From Candidatus Micrarchaeota archaeon (GTDB taxonomy: Archaea; B1Sed10-29; WALL01; WAMD01), in the NCBI GenBank assembly GCA_964652335.1, contig CAZZDL010000001.1:1-62080 (forward strand): a stretch of DNA of 62,080 bases, written 5' to 3'. The position numbers and the translations under genes are program-made. This document shows, in pieces, positions 56,363 to 62,080 of the stretch. The notes under the pieces are model-generated. The model was given only the letters and a program-made list of their open reading frames with translations, searched no databases and was not told the origin of the DNA. Within the stretch, counting starts at the first letter, position 1. Every line of letters begins with the position of its first letter.

Positions 56363-57733
56363 ATGCGCAAAAATGTTTTCCTTGTTAGGTTTGGTGAGAT
56401 ATGGTTAAAATCTGAAAGGACAAGGAGAAGACTAATTGCAATGCTAGAGCAGGACATATCTAGACGGTTGTCTGATGAAGGAATAAAAGCAAGGATTTAT
56501 AGTATTAGGGGAAGGATAGTTGTAGATCCTGAAGATGGTTGGGAACAGAGAGAAAAAATAAAGCGGGTTTTGGAAAGGATATTTGGCATCGTTTCTTTTT
56601 CTCCAGCAATAATGGTTGATACAAGACTTGAGGATATAGAGGAAGTTGTTCTCCAATTCGCAGAAAAAATTGACGGGACGTTCAAACTAGAAGTGAACAG
56701 AGCTGACAAAAGATTCCCAATTACGTCTATGGAACTGGCTAAGCGGTTGGGGGGCCGTTTGGTGGAGATGGGAAAAAGGGTTGATCTGAAAAGGCCAAAA
56801 CATATAATTGGTGTGGATATAAGGCAAGAGGCTAGCTTTGTTTTTATGGAAGAGTTTGCAGGGCCGGGTGGATTGCCCTATGGAAGCCAGGGCAGGGTTT
56901 TGGCTTTGTTCTCTGGGGGAATAGATTCTCCTGTCGCTGCTTGGTATATTACAAAAAGGGGTTGTGAGGTAGACTTGCTTTTTGTTAATATGTTTGATGA
57001 GTCATTAGAGAAGAGAGTTTATGACACTTACTTTACTTTAAAGGATTGGTTACCTGGAGCAAAGCTCTTTGTAGCCAGAATACCGGAACTAAGGGGGGTA
57101 TTGGCCAAGATAAAGGAAGGATACAGGCAAATAGCTTACAAGCGGTTTATTTACGGATTAGCAGAGGAATTTGCCATGAAAATTGGAGCGGATGCCATTG
57201 TAACGGGCGAATCTCTTGGTCAAGTTTCATCTCAAACCCTGAAGAGCCTGGTTGCGATAGAAGATAAGGTCAAAATGCCTGTTTTTAGGCCACTAATAGG
57301 CTTTGATAAGCACGAAACAATGAAAATAGCCAGGAAAATTGGCTGTTTAGGGCCAAGCGAGAGGGTTCCAGAGGTTTGTAGGATGGAGACCCATTCAATA
57401 ACTAATATTTCTTTAGATGTTGCTAGGAAACTGGACAACGAAATGCCAGACCCAAGGGGGTTCTTAGATAGGATAATTGAGGCAAAGACAGCGAAAGACC
57501 TGTTCTTTGACAAGGAGAGCATGGAAGGATACGAAATAATACACTATCCATTTGATAAGAAGCTGGACAAGGGGAAGAAGTATATATTTGTATGCAAGTC
57601 TGGTTTGGAAGCCAGCCTGGCAGCCTCAAAGGCAAGGGAGAAGGGAATAGAGGCATATTATCTAGACGAAGCAACCTTCATGAAGAGGAATACCGGAACT
57701 AAGGGGGGTCCCAGTGAGAATTCTTTGGAATGA
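56363..57733 (+). CDS. thiI: tRNA 4-thiouridine synthase ThiI (THUMP + PP-loop + short rhodanese-like tail)
   Basis: PP-loop SGGIDSPVA, GESLGQVSSQT, C-terminal FVCKSG. Confidence 0.9.
   Translation: MRKNVFLVRFGEIWLKSERTRRRLIAMLEQDISRRLSDEGIKARIYSIRGRIVVDPEDGWEQREKIKRVLERIFGIVSFSPAIMVDTRLEDIEEVVLQFAEKIDGTFKLEVNRADKRFPITSMELAKRLGGRLVEMGKRVDLKRPKHIIGVDIRQEASFVFMEEFAGPGGLPYGSQGRVLALFSGGIDSPVAAWYITKRGCEVDLLFVNMFDESLEKRVYDTYFTLKDWLPGAKLFVARIPELRGVLAKIKEGYRQIAYKRFIYGLAEEFAMKIGADAIVTGESLGQVSSQTLKSLVAIEDKVKMPVFRPLIGFDKHETMKIARKIGCLGPSERVPEVCRMETHSITNISLDVARKLDNEMPDPRGFLDRIIEAKTAKDLFFDKESMEGYEIIHYPFDKKLDKGKKYIFVCKSGLEASLAASKAREKGIEAYYLDEATFMKRNTGTKGGPSENSLE
57078..57099 (+). repeat. 22-nt core GAATACCGGAACTAAGGGGGGT, copy inside thiI (25 nt shared with 50231-50260 including CCA)
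   Basis: Exact match read directly. Confidence 0.95.
57688..57709 (+). repeat. 22-nt core GAATACCGGAACTAAGGGGGGT, copy at thiI 3' end (27 nt shared with 50231-50260 including CCCAG)
   Basis: Exact match read directly. Confidence 0.95.
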
Positions 57734-58385
57734 CTCAGCAGTAATTATCGACAATACTCTGATCCTTGGCGACCTGCACATTGGTCTAGCCGAAACATTG
57801 AGAAAATCAGGGTATAGAATTCCATTTCTAAACAGCCAGGTTATTGCTGGATTAGTTGATTTAATCAGCAAAGAGAAACCAGATAAGCTTGTGATCCTTG
57901 GCGACCTGAAGGATTCAATAGGAAACCCAACACAAGAAGAGCTTGCAGATTTGGAGAAACTGTTTGATTCAATTGATTTGGAAACTGTTGTTGTCCTCGG
58001 TAATCACGACGGGGGGCTAAAGGACTGGCTTTCAAGCAAAGGAATCACATGGTATCCTAGCTCTGGATTTTATCTAGGAGATTACTTTTTGTTTCATGGG
58101 AATGCAAAGCCAGCCACAGAAACAAGCCCAGTTCTGCTCTTGGCTTGCCATTGGCATCCTGTTGTCAGGCTAGTGGATGAGAATAATAGAACGTATACTG
58201 AGAAGGCGTGGGTGTTCGTTGAGACAGAATTTGGCAGAATGTTAATGCTACCAGCGTTTAACCCGTTCCTCGGAGGAGTGGATGTCAGGGAGATAAATGA
58301 AAGATGGATAGATATGGAAACCGCAGAAATATATCTGTCAGATGGGACGTTCCTCGGGAAATTGCAAGACCTGGAGAAGGATTAA
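57714..58385 (+). CDS. Calcineurin-like metallophosphoesterase
   Basis: GDLHIG, GDLKD, GNHD, H-x-H; GTG start immediately after the 22-nt core. Confidence 0.75.
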   Translation: MRILWNDSAVIIDNTLILGDLHIGLAETLRKSGYRIPFLNSQVIAGLVDLISKEKPDKLVILGDLKDSIGNPTQEELADLEKLFDSIDLETVVVLGNHDGGLKDWLSSKGITWYPSSGFYLGDYFLFHGNAKPATETSPVLLLACHWHPVVRLVDENNRTYTEKAWVFVETEFGRMLMLPAFNPFLGGVDVREINERWIDMETAEIYLSDGTFLGKLQDLEKD

Positions 58386-58410
58386 ATAAAAGGAAATTTT
58401 TATTCAAACC

Positions 58411-58761
58411 ATGTTCAAGCAAGTGATTGTCGTTAGAAAGGACATACGTATGAGCCCGGGAAAGCTGGCAGTGCAGGTTGCTCATGCTAGCTTAGAGGCA
58501 TTTTTGAAGGCCCAAAAAACACATCCAGAGTGGTGTGAGTTATGGCTAAGGGAAGGACAGAAAAAAGTTGTCCTAGAGATACCAAGTAAGGAAGCATTGT
58601 TAGCTTTGTACGAGAGCCTGAAACCATCTTTGCCAGCGGCTTTGGTGATTGATGCTGGGAGGACAGAACTAGAGCCTGGGACGATAACCTGTCTAGGGAT
58701 TGGACCAGCCCCAGAACCAGAGATAGATAGGTTCACAGGCAGATTAAAGCTGATCGGATAG
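58411..58761 (+). CDS. pth: Peptidyl-tRNA hydrolase Pth2
   Basis: KQVIVVRKDIRMSPGKLAVQVAHAS, DAGRTELEPGT. Confidence 0.85.
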   Translation: MFKQVIVVRKDIRMSPGKLAVQVAHASLEAFLKAQKTHPEWCELWLREGQKKVVLEIPSKEALLALYESLKPSLPAALVIDAGRTELEPGTITCLGIGPAPEPEIDRFTGRLKLIG

Positions 58762-58811
58762 ATAGTAGTATAAACCGGTTTGTTAAAAAGATAGTTGTAG
58801 GGGTGATTTAG

Positions 58812-59618
58812 ATGTTGGTTTCAGAGGTTATGAACACCAATGTAATATCCATAACACCAGATGATACGCTTGCAAGGGTAAGAAGAATATTTGTCTCCCA
58901 TAAGGCGACGAAGATACCTGTGTTTGATGATGGTTTACTGGTTGGAGGTATAACTGAGCTAGAGGTTGCTAAGGCTCTTGCAATAAGAAGAAGCGGGATA
59001 GAGGACATGAAGGTTAGAGATGTAATGACTGATAACATTGTGGCAGTCTCACCAAACGACAAAATATCAAATATAATTGAAAAAGTAATAAGCTTCCCAT
59101 TAACTGTTGTGATGGACAAGATGGACTTCGTTGGTATAATCACAAAGACGGATCTCCTCAGGAGACATTTGGCTGCGTTTGAAGGGACAGTTTCTGTTGG
59201 TGGTGTTTGTACAAAGAAGGTAAAAACAGTAAAGCCAGATCAATCAATATTTAGAGCAGTAAAAATAATGACAGAGAATAAAATCAAGCATCTACCAGTT
59301 GTACAATCAGGAGATCTTTTAGGCATTGTTTCTGCTAAGGATATTGCCTTGTCTACATTCGGACTGAGACCAGAGAAGGTTGTTTACCAGAAGAGGACTG
59401 GAGAAGGCACAAGGCAAGCAGTCAAGATAGTCGCTCAGACGGTTGGTAGCGTAATGAATGAGAAGGTAGAGACAGCACCGACGAGAGCAGATATAAGGAA
59501 GATTGCAAGTAGAATGTTGAACAGAGGCATTGGGAGCATTGTTATCTACGAGGACAAGGTAAGGGGGATAGTCACAAAAACCGATTTGCTCCATGCAATG
59601 AAGGGAGCTATTGAGTGA
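58812..59618 (+). CDS. CBS-domain protein (four CBS repeats)
   Basis: Repeated V.DVM...v....p.....a...m....i..lPV pattern. Confidence 0.8.
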   Translation: MLVSEVMNTNVISITPDDTLARVRRIFVSHKATKIPVFDDGLLVGGITELEVAKALAIRRSGIEDMKVRDVMTDNIVAVSPNDKISNIIEKVISFPLTVVMDKMDFVGIITKTDLLRRHLAAFEGTVSVGGVCTKKVKTVKPDQSIFRAVKIMTENKIKHLPVVQSGDLLGIVSAKDIALSTFGLRPEKVVYQKRTGEGTRQAVKIVAQTVGSVMNEKVETAPTRADIRKIASRMLNRGIGSIVIYEDKVRGIVTKTDLLHAMKGAIE

Positions 59619-59639
59619 CAAGAACGAAAACAAATAAAT

Positions 59640-59727
59640 ACCCGTGGGTCAAAAACATTTTGTGCGCCAAGGGTGGCCTGGGGACCAATGAACCAAGGTC
59701 AACATGGTGCACTACAGCCCCACGGGT
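59640..59727 (+). ncRNA. Candidate small structured RNA or leader (GC-rich nested stems)
   Basis: P1 59640-59648:59719-59727. P2 59661-59669:59705-59713 with one G:U that only works on the + strand. P3 GACC:GGTC 59683-59686:59697-59700. Confidence 0.25.
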
Positions 59728-59759
59728 CAGCCTCCCGACGCATGAAAGGAGGTGTTACA

Positions 59760-60047
59760 GTGGGGCAACAAATCATATTCGTCAATGTGATCCCAAGATC
59801 ACGTAAATTTGAGATACTCTCCTTTGATGAAAAGGAGAGGGTTCTCAAGGTAAGACTGAAAAGTCCTCCAGAGGGAGGGAAGGCAAACAAAGAGCTGTTG
59901 ACCAAGCTTGAAAAAATAATGGGATATGGTGTTTCCATATCAAGGGGTTTTCAATCAAGAAAGAAGATATTGATTGTGAACTGCCCTGATAAAGAGTTTA
60001 CTGTTGCGTTGAATAGGATTCGTGCCTATGTCAAAGAGAGACATTGA
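59760..60047 (+). CDS. DUF167 (YggU/UPF0235) family protein
   Basis: KVRLKSPPEGGKANKELL...ISRGFQSRKKILIV; AGGAGGTG SD 6 nt before GTG 59760 (ATG 59742 alternative). Confidence 0.7.
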   Translation: MGQQIIFVNVIPRSRKFEILSFDEKERVLKVRLKSPPEGGKANKELLTKLEKIMGYGVSISRGFQSRKKILIVNCPDKEFTVALNRIRAYVKERH

Positions 60048-60393
60048 AAAAGCGAGAGAGATAATAGACGAACTGGCAGAGGAACAGGGAGCAGTTATTA
60101 TCGTTGAAGGAAAAAGAGACAAGGAAGCGCTTGTGTCTCTTGGCATTGAATCCGGCCGCATCATGACCTTGTCAGGCAGCATACAGGAAACAAGTGAAAA
60201 AGCAGCGAGGAAATCAAAGAAGGCAATTGTGCTGACAGACTACGACAGGACAGGAAGAGCAATTGCAGGGAAACTCAAGAGATGTTTGGTGTCTGAGGGT
60301 GTAAACCCAAACTTTGAGTTTAGGAGAAAATTGAGGAAACACCTCATGTTCACATTTGTTGAAGAAATACCTTCCCTCCTTCTGAAAGGATAA
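60028..60393 (+). CDS. Small Toprim-domain protein (UPF0292 / RNase M5-like)
   Basis: IIVEGKRDKEAL and VLTDYDRTGR Toprim motifs. Confidence 0.7.
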   Translation: MSKRDIEKAREIIDELAEEQGAVIIVEGKRDKEALVSLGIESGRIMTLSGSIQETSEKAARKSKKAIVLTDYDRTGRAIAGKLKRCLVSEGVNPNFEFRRKLRKHLMFTFVEEIPSLLLKG

Positions 60394-60416
60394 AATAACA
60401 AGAGAGGTGAGATTGA

Positions 60417-61607
60417 ATGGCAAAGACGTATCTTGATACAGTCAAGTACATTGTAAAGGCAAAGATATTTGTTGATGGTGTTGTTGAGAAACCAGACGTT
60501 GTTGGAGCAATATTTGGTCAGACAGAAGGATTGTTGGGCGAAGAGCTAGATTTAAGAGAGCTCCAAAAATCTGGTAGAATTGGAAGGATAGAGGTTGAGC
60601 TAAACAAGAAAGGAAACAAGATAGAGGGCGAGATAGTTATCCCTTCTAGTCTGGATAAGGCAGAGACAGCAATAATTGCGGCAGCATTGGAAACAGTAGA
60701 TAGAGTTGGACCATGTGAGGCAGAAATAGAAGTGCAGAGCATAGAGGATACAAGAGCGAAGAAGAGAGAGTATATAGTGAACAGAGCGAAGGAGTTGCTT
60801 AGGAAGCTAGTTGAAGAGAAATTGCCAGAGAGCAAGGAGTTAGCAGATCTAGTGAGGGCAGAGGTTAGGCAAGCTGAGCTGGTGGAGTATGGGCCAGAAA
60901 AGTTGCCAGCAGGACCAGAGGTCGAGACGTCAGAGGAGATAATTGTTGTTGAAGGAAGAGCGGATGTCTTGAACTTGCTCAGACATGGATTTAAGAACGT
61001 CGTTTCACTGAAGGGAGCAAAGATACCACAGTCAATAGTTGAGCTTTCAAAAAAGAAGACAACAATACTCTTCGTTGATGGTGACAGAGGAGGAGACATG
61101 ATAGCTAAGCAGATGGCAGACATAGCAGAGATAGACTTTATAGCTAGAGCACCTGATGGCAAAGAGGTTGAGGAACTGACAAAGAAGGAGATAATAAAAT
61201 CATTGAGAAACAAGCTACCAACACACCAGTATCTGACAATGAGGGGTCTTCTGAAGGAAGGTGAAAAGGAAGAAAGAAGGCAGAGACAACCAAGGCCAGA
61301 AACTAGGCCAGCGAGAAGACAAGAGAACAAGGAGATAGAGTCAAAATTGCTAGAGATATTTTCAGGTGTCAAGAACACCATGGGAGCAGTTTTGCTAGAT
61401 GAAGCATTGAACAAAATCTCAGAGGTAAGTGTTGCAGATATGATAAAGGAGATGCAGACAAAGAAAGGAGTGTTTGCAGTTGTCTTTGACGGGATAGTTA
61501 CTCAGAGACTAGTGGATATAGCCAGCAAGAACAAGATAAAGTATTTGGTTGGCCTGAAGGCTAGTAGGATAAAGCCAAGCGATGTCAGAGTGATTGTTTC
61601 TCACTAG
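60417..61607 (+). CDS. dnaG: Archaeal DnaG (Toprim primase-like, exosome-associated)
   Basis: IIVVEGRADVLNLL, FVDGDRGGD Toprim motifs; conserved N-terminal YIVKAKIFVDGVVEKPDVVGAIFGQTEGLLG. Confidence 0.9.
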   Translation: MAKTYLDTVKYIVKAKIFVDGVVEKPDVVGAIFGQTEGLLGEELDLRELQKSGRIGRIEVELNKKGNKIEGEIVIPSSLDKAETAIIAAALETVDRVGPCEAEIEVQSIEDTRAKKREYIVNRAKELLRKLVEEKLPESKELADLVRAEVRQAELVEYGPEKLPAGPEVETSEEIIVVEGRADVLNLLRHGFKNVVSLKGAKIPQSIVELSKKKTTILFVDGDRGGDMIAKQMADIAEIDFIARAPDGKEVEELTKKEIIKSLRNKLPTHQYLTMRGLLKEGEKEERRQRQPRPETRPARRQENKEIESKLLEIFSGVKNTMGAVLLDEALNKISEVSVADMIKEMQTKKGVFAVVFDGIVTQRLVDIASKNKIKYLVGLKASRIKPSDVRVIVSH

Positions 61608-61622
61608 TTTTAACCCAAACCC

Positions 61623-61964
61623 TTATTCTATTTCTTCTATAGGGATTAAGCTTCCCTCTAGCTTGTAAACCATTGCCCCAATTAGCAGTAAGCCCAACCA
61701 GAGCATTAGCCATGCAAGAGGTTGCATTGATCTCCCAAGGATAATATCTGGAGTTATCTGACTTGGGGTTAAGCCAAATAATTGTATAGCTAGATTTGTG
61801 TTTGAAATTGCTAGATCCGCCTGCTTTAATGTTATTAGTAGGTCTGATACAGAAGACAGAACGCCAAAGGCAGAACCGATTATAACCAGCAGTCCGACCA
61901 TTTTTAGTAAATGAAGCCTTGTTTTTCCGAGATGCAATATGATTGTTCTCTTCATGTTTATCAC
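61623..61964 (-). CDS. Small membrane protein, unknown
   Basis: Two hydrophobic segments; the overlapping 127-aa alternative frame is less protein-like. Confidence 0.4.
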   Translation of the reverse strand: MINMKRTIILHLGKTRLHLLKMVGLLVIIGSAFGVLSSVSDLLITLKQADLAISNTNLAIQLFGLTPSQITPDIILGRSMQPLAWLMLWLGLLLIGAMVYKLEGSLIPIEEIE

Positions 61965-62005
61965 TCAAAAGAATTAAATAGGAAGCATATAAAAAATTAA
62001 TGCTT

Positions 62006-62079
62006 GGGCCCGTGGTCTAGCTGGTTAGGACGTCAGCTTCACACGCTGAAGATCGCCGGTTCGAATCCGGCCGGGCCCA
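62006..62079 (+). tRNA. tRNA-Val (CAC)
   Basis: GGGCCCG/CGGGCCC acceptor, D arm GTCT/GGAC, anticodon stem TCAGC/GCTGA with loop TTCACAC, T arm GCCGGTTCGAATCCGGC; 74 nt, the window ends 1 nt later. Confidence 0.9.
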
Positions 62080-62080
62080 C

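Noticed and set aside
59615-59806. A 63-aa ORF and the 59673 N-terminal extension of the DUF167 gene
   Set aside because: The translations are unprotein-like (W/G/P/H-rich). A perfect AGGAGGTG SD precedes the internal GTG 59760, and DUF167 proteins are about 95-100 aa. The region is treated as a structured non-coding leader instead.
60518-61414. A 298-aa ORF antisense to dnaG; similar antisense ORFs at 37067-37570 (secD), 1445-2275 (coiled-coil gene) and 20349-20828 (cdc6)
   Set aside because: These are serine/leucine/phenylalanine-rich mirror frames of A/G-rich coding strands, and the sense genes carry clear family motifs.

Overview
This is an AT-rich, tightly packed archaeal chromosome segment with about 70 genes, many overlapping by a few nt. 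Archaeal origin is supported by PolD DP1/DP2, Orc1/Cdc6, archaeal DnaG, eS17, RpoK, ArcTGT, ApgM, Pth2, SepF and an Rnl3-type RNA ligase. Small lysine-rich proteins and many secreted or tail-anchored orphans are reminiscent of DPANN-like small-genome archaea, but the lineage cannot be fixed from sequence alone. Most of the window is housekeeping: replication and repair (recJ/GAN-like, cdc6, polD, lhr, dnaG), the dTMP cycle (thyX-glyA, dCMP deaminase), tRNA/rRNA maturation (tgtA, trmI, thiI, tyrS, pth2, NOG1, Fap7), the envelope (secFD, glmS, geranylgeranyl reductase plus ferredoxin, GT2) and assorted regulators. There are two tRNA genes. One is tRNA-Val(CAC) at the 3' edge. The other is an initiator-type tRNA-Met(CAT) at 51156-51645, interrupted at position 37/38 by an intron of about 415 nt. 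That intron has a textbook bulge-helix-bulge junction and carries a frameshifted, ATG-less LAGLIDADG-like ORF remnant. The only clearly accessory stretch is 46.25-51.15 kb, directly upstream of that tRNA. It holds seven small orphan or wHTH ORFs separated by unusually long AT-rich spacers, six copies of the motif AAAAAGTGAGAG, and a 160-bp array of six palindromic TTACGTAA octamers, three of them phased at exactly 10 bp. It also holds one inverted copy of a 22-nt core that recurs twice in direct orientation inside and at the end of thiI, 7 kb away; this looks like a site-specific recombination footprint. I saw no CRISPR array, rRNA, integrase, transposase or recognisable defence enzyme. All family assignments come from motif recognition by eye and need HMM or structure confirmation.
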